This document shows, one piece after another, positions 19,948-30,758 of a stretch of 64,000 nt of DNA (position 1 is the first letter of the stretch; every line of letters begins with the position of its first letter). Made by a program: the position numbers and the translations under genes. The stretch is from Bacteroidota bacterium. Lineage in GTDB: Bacteria; Bacteroidota; Ignavibacteria; UBA10030; UBA8401. Under the pieces are notes generated by a model. It did not search any database. It was not told the origin of the DNA and was given only the letters and a program-made list of their open reading frames with translations. Where the stretch lies: the NCBI GenBank assembly GCA_041665525.1, contig JBAYIS010000003.1:150129-214128 (forward strand). Reading direction: 5' to 3'.

Positions 19948-20313
19948 TTATAATGTAAATGCGATGACCGTTGCTGCAATTGCTGAACCAAAAATTATAT
20001 AGACAAACAATTGATTCGGAAGTTCATTCTTGGCAATTTTTTTCCGATACAATGTTGCGAACACTGCAACATCAATTGCGAAAAGCATTTTTATTCCGAC
20101 TTTCATATGATTGATATCTGCAAAAAGAAGGAAAAACAATGCGAATCCGGTAAGCAACTGTGTATGAGCGGCAGAAAGCAGATACACAGAAAGTTTTTTT
20201 CTCACTTCATCTTTTACATCTTTCCTGATTATAAAGAAAAATGAAATAAAGATGATCGCAACCATTCCAACGGAATGAAAGATATAGAGCAGTTGATGCA
20301 GCATTTTTACCAC
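19948..20313 (-). CDS. Small integral membrane protein, hypothetical
   Basis: 121 aa with three or four hydrophobic segments, AT-rich. No family recognised. Confidence 0.4.
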   Translation of the reverse strand: MVKMLHQLLYIFHSVGMVAIIFISFFFIIRKDVKDEVRKKLSVYLLSAAHTQLLTGFALFFLLFADINHMKVGIKMLFAIDVAVFATLYRKKIAKNELPNQLFVYIIFGSAIAATVIAFTL

Positions 20314-20381
20314 CTTTCTAAATGATTTATTGATTACAATGGAATTTAACGATAATTTGTTCGAAACCTACGGCCAATCTT

Positions 20382-21449
20382 ATGTTTGAACAAGAATTAG
20401 AAAGTATACAGAAACTCACCATCAATAATACGATCGGGAATACTGAGTCTATTGCTTTAAAGTCCATTTTGGAATCAAACATCCCGCCTAATATTAAAAG
20501 TTATTTTCGGGGAGAAGTGGAATGGCTCCTCTATAAAGAAAAACAGACGGAACATCATTCCACAAAGTTCAATTATCAGCAAGAAGATGTAAGGTTACTG
20601 CAAGAACAGATGGATATACTGTTGATATTTCATTACACTTTTTCCCGAGATGAATTTCTAAAAACACTTGATAAATGTGCCCATTTCCTCTTTAACTATC
20701 TCTGCCGTCCCCAATGGACTCTGGAAAGCTACCTCTTTGAAGAAAAGAACCATTTGAATATCAAAGAATTGTCGCTGAAATTTCGGTTTTGCGGAGACTA
20801 CCAATATTATTGGAATATTCTGGAAAAATATCTGGTCGGGAAAAACAAGACAGAATTGGAGCGGGACGAAACAGTTCGATTATTGAGGAAGATCGATGCT
20901 GAAATTGTCAACACTCACTCTGCCGAAGAGATGGCCAAAATGACCATCCCTTTCTTCGAATTCATCGGATTCATCCACCAAAATGCACTCAACGGCGGTA
21001 GAGGTGACCTGCCAACACGAGCATTGATGTATTTCTTTGAAGACAAGAAACTGCAGGCGGTCACCCAGCATCTGCTGAAACTCCGGGAAAAGGGAAAACA
21101 ATCCATGCTGTTCGATGAACTGGTTGAAGCACTGAAAGACTCATTCACACAAAAGAGTTTTTCCATTGCCGATGAAGTTGCACTAGTGCGTCAGCCACAG
21201 AAAAAAAGCATCATTGCTCTTCAGTTGCCTGAAAAAGATAAATACTCCATCATAAAATCCTTGTTTGGTGATGATGAATCGAAGTATATTGTAGCTATGG
21301 AAAAGATCCTCTCTTCCGCGACGTGGGATGATGCCGGATTGTCGCTCGATCACTATTTCACAATGAATGACATCGATCCTTTTTCTCGCGATGCGATTAT
21401 TCTGACCAACGCACTTCAAACATTCTTCACGAATCGAAATCCACAATAA
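20382..21449 (+). CDS. Hypothetical cytoplasmic protein
   Basis: 355 aa ORF ending 45 nt upstream of obg. No recognisable motif. Confidence 0.45.
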   Translation: MFEQELESIQKLTINNTIGNTESIALKSILESNIPPNIKSYFRGEVEWLLYKEKQTEHHSTKFNYQQEDVRLLQEQMDILLIFHYTFSRDEFLKTLDKCAHFLFNYLCRPQWTLESYLFEEKNHLNIKELSLKFRFCGDYQYYWNILEKYLVGKNKTELERDETVRLLRKIDAEIVNTHSAEEMAKMTIPFFEFIGFIHQNALNGGRGDLPTRALMYFFEDKKLQAVTQHLLKLREKGKQSMLFDELVEALKDSFTQKSFSIADEVALVRQPQKKSIIALQLPEKDKYSIIKSLFGDDESKYIVAMEKILSSATWDDAGLSLDHYFTMNDIDPFSRDAIILTNALQTFFTNRNPQ

Positions 21450-21494
21450 GAAAGCAAAGGGCCGGTCTCTGGAACGGTCGTTGACAATGCAATT

Positions 21495-22484
21495 ATGTTT
21501 ATAGACTCAGCTAAGATCCACGTAAAATCAGGAAAAGGCGGCGACGGAATTATTCACTGGCGCAGGGAAAAGTTCATCCCCAAAGGGGGGCCGGACGGCG
21601 GTAACGGCGGTGTCGGCGGCGATGTGATTTTCCGCGCAGATAAGCAGATCAATACACTTCTGGATTTCCGTTATCACAAGAAGTTTATCGCGAAGAACGG
21701 CAATCCCGGCGAAGGCTCCAACAAAGAAGGCCGATCTGCAGAACCGATCATAATTAAAATTCCAGTCGGCACGCTGATTCGCAACGCTGAAACCGGCGAA
21801 TTGATTGCGGATATTACTGATGACGGGCAGGAATTTGTCATCGCCAAAGGGGGAAAAGGGGGAAAAGGCAATTGGTTGTTTCGCTCCCCCACCAATCAGG
21901 CGCCGCGTGTGTGCACTCCCGGAATTCCGGGTGAAGAATACCATCTGGAACTGGAACTGAAACTCCTTGCCGACATTGGTCTGGTCGGATTCCCTAATGC
22001 GGGAAAATCGACGCTCATCTCCACAATCTCTGCCGCAAAACCGAAGATCGCTGACTACCCATTTACTACGCTGGTGCCAAATCTGGGGATGGTCTATTTC
22101 CAGGAGAACAAAAGTTTCGTCGTCGCAGATATTCCCGGATTGATCGAAGGAGCACACGAAGGCAAGGGGCTCGGCATTCAATTCCTGAAACATATCGAAC
22201 GAACGAAAGCGTTATTATATCTTATTGATTGTAGCAGTGATGACATTAAAAGGGACTATAAGATTCTTGCGAACGAGTTGAAAGCGTTCAGCAATGACCT
22301 TCCGAAGAAAAAGAGCATCATTGCGATCACCAAAATGGATATCGCGGATGACGACCTGTTGAAAGCCTTGAAAAAATTGAAATTTCCAAAAACAATTCCC
22401 GTACATTTTATTTCCGCTGCAACCAACGATGGCATTTCCAGCCTTATCGAAGCCATGTGGAAGATCGTTGCCAAAGGAAGATGA
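21495..22484 (+). CDS. obg: GTPase Obg
   Basis: N-terminal Obg fold ([19 protein letters not shown]) with Gly-rich repeats; G-domain [12 protein letters not shown] and DIPGLIEGA. Confidence 0.85.
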   Translation: MFIDSAKIHVKSGKGGDGIIHWRREKFIPKGGPDGGNGGVGGDVIFRADKQINTLLDFRYHKKFIAKNGNPGEGSNKEGRSAEPIIIKIPVGTLIRNAETGELIADITDDGQEFVIAKGGKGGKGNWLFRSPTNQAPRVCTPGIPGEEYHLELELKLLADIGLVGFPNAGKSTLISTISAAKPKIADYPFTTLVPNLGMVYFQENKSFVVADIPGLIEGAHEGKGLGIQFLKHIERTKALLYLIDCSSDDIKRDYKILANELKAFSNDLPKKKSIIAITKMDIADDDLLKALKKLKFPKTIPVHFISAATNDGISSLIEAMWKIVAKGR

Positions 22485-23527
22485 AACAAACCCGAAAATC
22501 TGAACATACCACCCAGGAACATTCCGGTAACGAAAAGGAATTTGAAAATACGCTCCGTCCTTCTGCGTTCGAGGATTTTTCCGGTCAACAGAAAATCGTT
22601 GATAACCTGAAAATCTTCATCGCGGCAGCGAAAAAACGGGGCGAATCCTTGGACCATGTTCTGCTCACCGGTCCGCCGGGACTCGGCAAAACAACACTTT
22701 CGTTCATTATCGCCAACGAGATGGGAACGGATATTAAGATTACCTCCGGTCCTGTGCTGGATAAACCGGCTGACCTCGCCGGTATCCTGACGAATCTCAG
22801 TGAAGGCGATGTTCTGTTTATCGACGAGATCCACCGTGTGAATGCCGTCGTGGAGGAATACCTTTATTCAGCAATGGAAGATTTTCGTTTGGATATTATG
22901 ATCGATTCCGGACCAAGTGCTCGCAGTATCCAATTATCGCTTCCCCGCTTCACACTGGTCGGCGCAACGACGCGGGCAGGACTACTCACCGCTCCCCTGC
23001 GTGCCCGTTTCGGTATCGCCAATCGGCTTGATTATTACGCACCAGAGATCCTGTTCAACATCATCATCCGCTCAGCAACGATTCTGGGAATTGAAGTCGA
23101 TAAAGATGGTGCGATGGAAATTGCGAAACGGTCCCGCGGAACGCCGCGAATTGCCAATCGATTACTAAAACGGTGCCGTGATTTTGCCGAAGCAGACGAT
23201 CGGTTGAAGGCACATAATGGCGTCATCACATTAGATGTTGCGCATTATGCATTGCGCGCACTTGAAGTGGATGAACACGGCCTGGATGATATGGACAAAC
23301 GGCTTTTGCAAACGATCATCGAAAAATATAAAGGGGGTCCGGTAGGTATATCCACCCTCGCAGTTGCTGTCGGTGAAGAAGCTGGAACGATCGAAGAGGT
23401 CTACGAACCGTATCTGATTCTTGAAGGATTCCTGCAGCGCACCCCGCGCGGCCGCGAAGCAACTGAACTTGCGTATAAACATTTCGGCAAACAAAAGACC
23501 TCTTCAAAACAAAATTCTCTTTTCTAA
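22481..23527 (+). CDS. ruvB: Holliday junction branch migration helicase RuvB
   Basis: [14 protein letters not shown]...[13 protein letters not shown], Walker [11 protein letters not shown], winged-helix C-terminus. ATGA overlap with the obg stop. Confidence 0.85.
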   Translation: MKQTRKSEHTTQEHSGNEKEFENTLRPSAFEDFSGQQKIVDNLKIFIAAAKKRGESLDHVLLTGPPGLGKTTLSFIIANEMGTDIKITSGPVLDKPADLAGILTNLSEGDVLFIDEIHRVNAVVEEYLYSAMEDFRLDIMIDSGPSARSIQLSLPRFTLVGATTRAGLLTAPLRARFGIANRLDYYAPEILFNIIIRSATILGIEVDKDGAMEIAKRSRGTPRIANRLLKRCRDFAEADDRLKAHNGVITLDVAHYALRALEVDEHGLDDMDKRLLQTIIEKYKGGPVGISTLAVAVGEEAGTIEEVYEPYLILEGFLQRTPRGREATELAYKHFGKQKTSSKQNSLF

Positions 23528-24142
23528 ATGCGAACGCTTCCCCGTTCATTCTACACACGGAATACGCTCATCGTCGCAAAAGAACTCCTTGGAAAAATCC
23601 TCGTTCGAAAAATCGGCAAGTCACAACTGGCAGGTATTATCGTCGAAACCGAAGCATATCTTCACAATGATCCTGCATCTCATTCCTATCGCGGTATCAC
23701 CGAACGGACAAAAGTCATGTTCGGCAATGGCGGTCACCTTTATGTCTATTTCACTTATGGTATGCACCATTGTGCCAATATTGTGACTCAAAAGGAAGGA
23801 AGAGGTGAGGCTGTCTTATTGAGAGCAGTTGAGCCTATCGATGGTATTGATGTGATGATGAAAAACAGGAGTGGTAGGAATGAAATCAATAATGACCGGC
23901 ATTTATCCGATACCGGTCATCTGAAGAATTTAACGAACGGACCGGCGAAATTAGCACAGTCGTTTGGCCTGTCGAGAAACGAATCCGGCACAGATCTTTT
24001 AGAAAACAAGATCTATCTCACGGAAGGCATCGCGGTCCCAAAATCTCAAATAATTTCTACTACCCGCATCGGCATTAATGTTGCGACTGAAAAGAAATGG
24101 CGTTTCTACATCAAAGGAAATGTCTGCGTTAGTAAACCGTAA
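23528..24142 (+). CDS. mpg: DNA-3-methyladenine glycosylase (Mpg/AAG family)
   Basis: 204 aa. FYTRNTLIVAKELLGK...ETEAYLHNDPASHSYRG...GGHLYVYFTYGMHHCANIV matches the PF02245 family. Confidence 0.8.
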   Translation: MRTLPRSFYTRNTLIVAKELLGKILVRKIGKSQLAGIIVETEAYLHNDPASHSYRGITERTKVMFGNGGHLYVYFTYGMHHCANIVTQKEGRGEAVLLRAVEPIDGIDVMMKNRSGRNEINNDRHLSDTGHLKNLTNGPAKLAQSFGLSRNESGTDLLENKIYLTEGIAVPKSQIISTTRIGINVATEKKWRFYIKGNVCVSKP

Positions 24143-24156
24143 ATTTCGCGCTCTAT

Positions 24157-24750
24157 TTATAGATCTTCGCTTGAATTGATTGTAATTCGTATTCCCACGC
24201 GGCCATACAATCCACCAAGATTCACGAATTCATCCGATACGTTCTCGATATACGTATAGATATAATCTGCTCCATATCGGACATCTCCGAAGAGTGCGAA
24301 TGTCCCGGATAGTTCATGCTGCATTCCGATCATCCCGAATATTCCATAACTTTGGGAAAGACTATTTTTTATTACCAATTCCGGTCGGGCATTCGTAACA
24401 TCGCTGGATTCCAATCCATTAAATCCAAAGATCAATCCGCCCGCAATATACGGCGATACGATCGGACCAGGATAATAATAACCGTAATACATGGAAAATG
24501 TCGCAGAAGATATGCCGACATTGTTAACTCCAAACACAGTTGCTGTGATGCTTTTCACTTGGAGATCCGCACCAATAATAATTCCCTGGCTGGTATTCAA
24601 GTATCCCGCATCGAACGCACTGGAGTGCGAACCATCAGCGGCAGAATAATATCCGCCGCCGATGGATAGGTAATCTGCGTAATAATCTTGCGCGTGTGCA
24701 GCAGAAATACAGCTTAAGAACACAATGACAAACGAAATTGCCTGTTTCAT
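24157..24750 (-). CDS. Small outer membrane beta-barrel protein
   Basis: 197 aa with a signal peptide; Gly/Tyr-rich alternating beta-strand pattern; aromatic-rich C-terminal region. Confidence 0.5.
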   Translation of the reverse strand: MKQAISFVIVFLSCISAAHAQDYYADYLSIGGGYYSAADGSHSSAFDAGYLNTSQGIIIGADLQVKSITATVFGVNNVGISSATFSMYYGYYYPGPIVSPYIAGGLIFGFNGLESSDVTNARPELVIKNSLSQSYGIFGMIGMQHELSGTFALFGDVRYGADYIYTYIENVSDEFVNLGGLYGRVGIRITINSSEDL

Positions 24751-25073
24751 TTTACGAACACCGCTACTCCAGAGAGTCCGGTCCTTGCAGCCACCGACGA
24801 CAATTTCGTCAGTCTGGTCATGATGACGGCATTTGCACCGATCTTTCCTGCTTTCGTTTTTAACAATTCTGCGGCGGCATTCCCGTCTCCGGTGGCATCC
24901 ACTGCAACACTGCCGATCACTTCATACTCCTGTGCAAGATCACCTGAGTATATCTTAACTAATGTGGGATCGACGGCAGCTTTCGCGGACGCTCCGTCTT
25001 GAAAATAGTGAGTGCTGATCGCGCAACCGCTTGTGAATAGGAAAATGGTAAGGAACATTAATATCTTTTTCAT
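24747..25073 (-). CDS. YbjQ/UPF0145-like (DUF74) domain lipoprotein, paralog A
   Basis: 108 aa. Lipobox FTSGC. Contains KIGANAVIMTRL and a GVAVFVK C-terminus, resembling YbjQ ALGADAVVGI...GTAVK. Confidence 0.5.
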   Translation of the reverse strand: MKKILMFLTIFLFTSGCAISTHYFQDGASAKAAVDPTLVKIYSGDLAQEYEVIGSVAVDATGDGNAAAELLKTKAGKIGANAVIMTRLTKLSSVAARTGLSGVAVFVK

Positions 25074-25096
25074 AGTCGTTTTCGTCCTGAGAATGG

Positions 25097-25438
25097 TTAT
25101 TTGAATTTAACGGCAGTGCCGGCGGCTTTAATGGCATTCTGCCAGTATCCGGTATCGACTTCCAATCGAAGATTGATGATGGCATCCGCCCCTAATTTCG
25201 ACGCTTCCACTTTCAACTTATCGACTGCCGGTGAAGAATTCTCGCCCGCATCTGCATCTGCAACAACTTCTCCGAGAATGATATACTCCTGTCCCGCTTT
25301 CGCAGTGGAAAACACTTTAATATTTTTGGCGACAGTTTTTCCCGAAGTTACCGGCGAATCGTCCGTTTGAATATTCGCAACGGAAGAACATCCGGTCAAC
25401 AGGAAAACACACAGTGACACTATTATAATGGACTTCAT
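25097..25438 (-). CDS. YbjQ/UPF0145-like (DUF74) domain lipoprotein, paralog B
   Basis: 113 aa. Lipobox LLTGCSS. Contains KLGADAIINLRLEV and a GTAVKFK C-terminus. Clear paralog of the adjacent gene. Confidence 0.5.
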   Translation of the reverse strand: MKSIIIVSLCVFLLTGCSSVANIQTDDSPVTSGKTVAKNIKVFSTAKAGQEYIILGEVVADADAGENSSPAVDKLKVEASKLGADAIINLRLEVDTGYWQNAIKAAGTAVKFK

Positions 25439-25577
25439 ACTTTCCTCTAAATTGATTCGAATCGGTTATTTATCATACCGAATATATCGGCCGTGTGAAA
25501 GAAGTAATTAATTTGGCGGGAATGCAAGAAATATAATTCGAAGTGAAATATTTTCGAGACACAGTGACTGCAGTACG

Positions 25578-26204
25578 TTAATTGGTAAACGCCGCAGTGA
25601 TTCCCAATGAGAACTCATGGAAGACTTTCCCCCTGAAGAATTTGTTGTAACGGTACGTAATTCCGTACGTGTGTTGCGGGAAAAACCCGAAATAACTCAG
25701 CCAGGGAGTCTTCAACCATGCGCCCGCACCAACTGTGTAACCTTCATTCGGGAAATCGGTCAGGAGTCCCGAACTGATATGGACACCGGAAAGAAAGATT
25801 TTCCGTCTTTCTACAAAATCAAAATGTAGATCGTGCTTTACTTCGGTACGAAACACATTGTGGACTTTTGAATTAAGGACGAAGGAATAACTGAACGACA
25901 ATCTCCAATCCGAAAAAACTCCTGTTACTTTTTTTTCTCCGATTCCGAATCCGGTTTCAAGATTCACCGCACCATAGGCAACACCCTCCTTTGCAACAAT
26001 GCTGTAACTCGGCGGAACGGCGCTGACCACAACGCCGGCGATTGCCAATGGAACAATAATACCGGTGATTGTGGCAAGGGCAATATCCTCTTTCGTTGTG
26101 GGGGCACTAATGGCCGTAGTATCTTGTCCCCTGGCCTGGCCGATGAACAGGATACACGATGTGAGAACAATAAGGGATCTTTTCATTAATAATTTACAGT
26201 TCAT
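25578..26204 (-). CDS. Hypothetical secreted or outer-membrane protein
   Basis: 208 aa with a signal peptide and beta-rich composition. Overlaps the uvrA start by 11 nt. Confidence 0.4.
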   Translation of the reverse strand: MNCKLLMKRSLIVLTSCILFIGQARGQDTTAISAPTTKEDIALATITGIIVPLAIAGVVVSAVPPSYSIVAKEGVAYGAVNLETGFGIGEKKVTGVFSDWRLSFSYSFVLNSKVHNVFRTEVKHDLHFDFVERRKIFLSGVHISSGLLTDFPNEGYTVGAGAWLKTPWLSYFGFFPQHTYGITYRYNKFFRGKVFHEFSLGITAAFTN

Positions 26205-29106
26205 TCTTCAGATATTGTCCGGTGTAGGAATGTTTCAACGCAGCAACATATTCCGGAGTTCCCTCGGCGATAATCATTCCTCCTCCCGACCCACCTTCCG
26301 GACCAAGATCAATGATCCAGTCGGCAGTTTTAATCACATCAAGATTGTGTTCAATCACCACCACAGTGTTCCCCTTTTCTACCAGCTTATTCAGCACTTC
26401 CAGCAGCATTTTCACATCATCAAAATGTAATCCCGTCGTCGGTTCGTCCAGGATATATAATGTATTACCCGTTCCGACCTTTGAAAGTTCCGTGGAGAGT
26501 TTCACACGCTGCGCTTCGCCGCCGGAAAGAGTTGTGGCCTGTTGGCCAAGATGAATATACCCAAGACCAACATCGAACAACGTCTGGATCTTTCTGTTCA
26601 TCACCGGCATCTCACTGAAAAATCCCTGCGCTTCTTCTACCGTCATTTCCAATACATCGGAGATCGATTTCCCTTTATAGAGTACTTCCAGCGTTTCACG
26701 ATTATACCGCTTCCCCCGGCAAACGTCGCATTGTACATAGACATCGGGAAGAAAATTCATCTCGATCTTCTTCACGCCATCCCCTTCACACGCTTCACAT
26801 CGTCCGCCTTTCACATTAAAACTGAATCTACCGGACTTGTATCCACGGATTTTCGATTCCGGCAATTGTGCGAACAGATCGCGGATGAATGTGAACAATC
26901 CCGTATAGGTTGCCGGATTAGAACGGGGTGTCCTGCCGATTGGGGATTGGTCGATATCAATCACTTTGTCAATATGCTCGATTCCGTCAATCGCTCGATA
27001 GGGATAGACCTGGATCTTCGTTTTATAGAATTTTTGAGAAAGGATCGGATAAAGCGTCTCATTAATAAGCGTCGATTTTCCCGAACCGCTAACACCTGTA
27101 ACGCACGTCAGGGTTCCAAGCGGGATATGAAGGTCGACATTTTGCAAATTGTTTCCGGTGGCACCGGAAATCGAGAGATATTTAGCGTTTCCTTTTCTTC
27201 TGAATGCCGGCACTTCGATGTTCTTTTTTCCGGTAAGGTATTCTATTGTAGATGAACGATCTCCAACTTTTTTGGAAAGTCCGTTCTTGAATTCTGCCGG
27301 CGAGCCTGCAGCGACCAGTTCTCCGCCATGCTCTCCAGCTCTCGGTCCGAGATCAACGATAAAATCGGAATTCTCCATCATCTCCTTATCGTGTTCTACA
27401 ACCAAAACAGTGTTTCCAAGATCGCGAAGATTTTTCAGTGAGCTGATCAGTTTTGAATTATCCCGTTGATGCAGTCCGATACTCGGTTCATCCAGGATAT
27501 AGAGTACACCAACCAGCTGCGAGCCGATCTGCGTGGCCAAACGGATTCGCTGCGCTTCACCGCCGGAAAGCGTCCGTGCTGCCCTGTCCAGCGTCAGATA
27601 TCCTAATCCGACGTCCACCATAAATCCCAACCGCTGGCTAATCTCTTTCAAGATCGGCCGTGCGATCTCCAACTGCCGCGCTGAAAAGGAAAGTGTAGTA
27701 AAGAATTTTTGTGATTCCACCAATGATTTTTTAACGATATCGGAAATCGTATGCCGCAGTCCGGTCTTCTCATCCTCAAGCTGAATGGCAAGATTCTCCT
27801 TCCGAAGACGTCCGCCGTCGCACGACGGACAGACCTTCGTGCTCATGAAACTCTCCACCCATTCGCGAATTTTCAATGACGCGGTATCATTGTAATATTC
27901 CTGCAGCATTTTCATCACGCCGTCGTACCGATGTTTGTAGGTAGTCGTACGCCCGCCCGCATAGGTGTATTCCACCTCGATCTTTTCTCCATTCGTGCCA
28001 TACAGCAATTCATCAAGTGCAGCTTTGGAATAATTTTTTATGGGGGTACTATAATCCAGTTTATGTCGTTTAAGAACTGCTCGCACCTGTGCATAGAACC
28101 AGGTGGAACGCGGTTTACCCAGCGGCGCGATTCCTTCTTCTTGCAAAGACAAATTCGGATTGGGAATGATGAGGGAAAGGTCAAAATCTTTCTTCTCACC
28201 GAGTCCTTCGCACGCAGAACAGGCGCCGGTGGTGGTGTTGAATGAGAATGAATTGGGCGCCGGTTCTTCATAGCTCGTGCCGCACAACGGACATGAATAT
28301 TTCTTGCTGAAGAGAATATCCCGAGAACCATCGTTGACGATCAACACTCCTTCGCCGAATTGCAGTGCAACTTCGACGGAATCGGCAATACGGGAGCGGC
28401 TTTCCTTTTTAATCTGGATCCTGTCTACCACAACTTCAATATTGTGGATCTTATACCGGTCGAGTTTCAATCCTTTGCTGATCTCCAGCACTTCATTGTC
28501 CACTCGGACTCGTAGAAAACCATCCTTCAGGATCTTCTCGAATAATTCTCTGTAATGACCTTTCCGTCCTTTCACGATCGGCGCAAGGATCTGGATCTTC
28601 GTCCCCTGCGGCAGTTTCACGATGGCATCTATAATCTGATCGACACTTTGTCTCTGTACACGGGAACCGTCATGGATGCAAAATTGTGTGCCGACACGGG
28701 CATAGAGCAGACGGAGAAAATCATATACCTCCGTCACAGTACCGACCGTTGAACGGGGATTCGTGCTGACCGTTTTCTGTTCGATGGAGATCGCTGGAGA
28801 GAGCCCTTCGATGTAATCGACATCCGGCCGTTCCATCAACCCTAAAAATTGACGGGCATATGCAGAGAGTGATTCGACATACCGTCGCTGTCCTTCGGCA
28901 TAGATGGTATCGAATGCAAGTGATGATTTCCCTGAACCGGATAGTCCGGTGATCACTACGAGCTTATCTCGCGGAATTTCAACATCGATGTTCTTAAGAT
29001 TATGCTCGCGCGCCCCTTTCACCACCAGCATATTCTGTTCTGTAGTATCGGAAGTAATGGGAGCGGATTTTGATTTTTTCATAGGAGATGGTTTACGATA
29101 TGCCAA
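26194..29106 (-). CDS. uvrA: Excinuclease ABC subunit A
   Basis: 970 aa. Two ABC ATPase modules ([20 protein letters not shown]), zinc-finger Cys clusters, LSGGEAQR signatures. Confidence 0.9.
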   Translation of the reverse strand: MAYRKPSPMKKSKSAPITSDTTEQNMLVVKGAREHNLKNIDVEIPRDKLVVITGLSGSGKSSLAFDTIYAEGQRRYVESLSAYARQFLGLMERPDVDYIEGLSPAISIEQKTVSTNPRSTVGTVTEVYDFLRLLYARVGTQFCIHDGSRVQRQSVDQIIDAIVKLPQGTKIQILAPIVKGRKGHYRELFEKILKDGFLRVRVDNEVLEISKGLKLDRYKIHNIEVVVDRIQIKKESRSRIADSVEVALQFGEGVLIVNDGSRDILFSKKYSCPLCGTSYEEPAPNSFSFNTTTGACSACEGLGEKKDFDLSLIIPNPNLSLQEEGIAPLGKPRSTWFYAQVRAVLKRHKLDYSTPIKNYSKAALDELLYGTNGEKIEVEYTYAGGRTTTYKHRYDGVMKMLQEYYNDTASLKIREWVESFMSTKVCPSCDGGRLRKENLAIQLEDEKTGLRHTISDIVKKSLVESQKFFTTLSFSARQLEIARPILKEISQRLGFMVDVGLGYLTLDRAARTLSGGEAQRIRLATQIGSQLVGVLYILDEPSIGLHQRDNSKLISSLKNLRDLGNTVLVVEHDKEMMENSDFIVDLGPRAGEHGGELVAAGSPAEFKNGLSKKVGDRSSTIEYLTGKKNIEVPAFRRKGNAKYLSISGATGNNLQNVDLHIPLGTLTCVTGVSGSGKSTLINETLYPILSQKFYKTKIQVYPYRAIDGIEHIDKVIDIDQSPIGRTPRSNPATYTGLFTFIRDLFAQLPESKIRGYKSGRFSFNVKGGRCEACEGDGVKKIEMNFLPDVYVQCDVCRGKRYNRETLEVLYKGKSISDVLEMTVEEAQGFFSEMPVMNRKIQTLFDVGLGYIHLGQQATTLSGGEAQRVKLSTELSKVGTGNTLYILDEPTTGLHFDDVKMLLEVLNKLVEKGNTVVVIEHNLDVIKTADWIIDLGPEGGSGGGMIIAEGTPEYVAALKHSYTGQYLKNEL

Positions 29107-29345
29107 GAGTTGAACCGAGTTCGCGTTCGGCGAAATTCAAAAGGTAAGATACTGAAAGTTGATCGGAGAGGCAAAGGTTGACGGTGGGAGGCAGTGTCTC
29201 AATTTAACAGATACCGTCATGCCGAACTCGTTTCGGCATCATATTAGTTAGGAAAGTTGCTGACATTCGTCAGTGACGAAGTCATCACTTTGTGACATGA
29301 CGCAGTTCTTAAATTTCAAATTAAGACACGACCCGGCGGGAAAGG

Positions 29346-30260
29346 TCACCCAATACGCTGCCGTTTGTTCAAATAGTGGAGCAGTGCGGTATCAAACGGT
29401 GTGGCAGTATCCAGAAGAATATAATCAATGGAATTTTCCCGGCATTCCCGTTTGTATCGATCCATGAAACTTTTCATCGATTCCTGATATGCTTTTTGAA
29501 TGTGGTACGGCTGCGTGGTAATCATTTCTCCGGTCTCGACATCCTTAAAGACGGCATCATTGCCAAAGGCAAAGGACCGTTCCAGGGGGTCCAGAATGTG
29601 CATCACCAGAACTTCGTGGTGGTTATGCCGGAAATGTTTTAGGGCCGCCATGACGGCGGATGGATCATCGAACAGATCGCTCAAAACAATAACCAAACCA
29701 CGGCGGGAAATACGCTCCGCCAATTGATGCAATGCAACCGCGGAGTTCGTCGTAGTACTTGGCTGGATTTTTTCGAGTTCCATCAACACTCGGCGCAGAT
29801 GTTGCTTGGTAGCGTGCGGCGGAATTGACGACCGGACTGCGGAATCAAATAAGGTTAATCCGACAGCATCCCTCTGTTGGATCATCAAATAAGAAAGTGA
29901 TGCGGCAACGTACGATGCATATTCAATTTTCGAGATTCTCCGCTCTTTTTCACCAGGCACATCCGAAGCAAAGCGCATCGATGCGCTTGTATCAAGGACG
30001 ATATATGATTTTAGGTTCGTCTCTTCTTCGAATTGTTTTACATAGAAGCGGTCCGTCTTGCCATATACCCGCCAATCGATCCTGCGAATCTCATCCCCGG
30101 GCATATATTGACGGTGTTCCGCAAACTCTACGCTAAACCCATGATACGGGCTTTTATGCAGTCCGGTGATGAATCCCTCCACCACCAATCGCGCCCGCAG
30201 CTCCATATTCGACAATTTGGAGACGACTTCAGGACGAAGATATTTCAGTTGAGTCTGCAT
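29346..30260 (-). CDS. DUF58 domain protein (vWA-like, MoxR-associated family)
   Basis: 304 aa. FAEHRQYMPGDEIRRIDWRVYGKTDRFYVKQFEEE is the DUF58 signature region. Confidence 0.7.
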   Translation of the reverse strand: MQTQLKYLRPEVVSKLSNMELRARLVVEGFITGLHKSPYHGFSVEFAEHRQYMPGDEIRRIDWRVYGKTDRFYVKQFEEETNLKSYIVLDTSASMRFASDVPGEKERRISKIEYASYVAASLSYLMIQQRDAVGLTLFDSAVRSSIPPHATKQHLRRVLMELEKIQPSTTTNSAVALHQLAERISRRGLVIVLSDLFDDPSAVMAALKHFRHNHHEVLVMHILDPLERSFAFGNDAVFKDVETGEMITTQPYHIQKAYQESMKSFMDRYKRECRENSIDYILLDTATPFDTALLHYLNKRQRIG

Positions 30261-30758
30261 TTATTGTTTTGTGATCTCTTTATTCCGTTGAAATTTGCTT
30301 TCCAAAACTTCTTGAGTGGATCTTCCGAAACTCTCTAATTCCAATTTTACCGAAGGAGCGAGATCGTGTTTGGGATACTTTTTCAGAAAATCCTCATAAT
30401 ACCATCGGGCACTGTCGATCATTTGCAAATTATTTCCGTAGATGTAACCGACAAGGAACAACGATACCGCCGCCGGCTGAAGGTCAGGATACTTATCAAT
30501 GAAGAGTTTATAATTGTTGAGCGCTTCGCGCGGATGATTTTGGAAACGATGGCTTTCAGCCAGTGCAAACCGTGCCCATCCCGCAAATCGGCCATCCGGA
30601 TATTCCTTGAGAATCTGTTCCGAGACGATCCGGGTAGAATCCCAATTATTTGCATTTTTCGCTTGTTCCACTTTCAACCACATTTCCTCATCTGTTAACG
30701 AAGAACATCCCGAAAAAAAAAGAATGAAGACAATCGCAACGTATTTCATAGATATCAC
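30261..30758 (-). CDS. TPR-repeat lipoprotein
   Basis: 165 aa. Lipobox FFSGCSS. TPR-like helical repeats (WARFALAESHRFQNHPREALNNYKLFIDKYP). Confidence 0.5.
   Translation of the reverse strand: MISMKYVAIVFILFFSGCSSLTDEEMWLKVEQAKNANNWDSTRIVSEQILKEYPDGRFAGWARFALAESHRFQNHPREALNNYKLFIDKYPDLQPAAVSLFLVGYIYGNNLQMIDSARWYYEDFLKKYPKHDLAPSVKLELESFGRSTQEVLESKFQRNKEITKQ

Noticed and set aside
29180-29215. Possible LexA/SOS box (gtgtctcaatttaacaga) upstream of uvrA
   Set aside because: It has GTGT-N9-ACAG spacing rather than CTGT-N8-ACAG and does not match the Gram-positive Cheo box. The operator consensus for this lineage is unknown, so no call is made.
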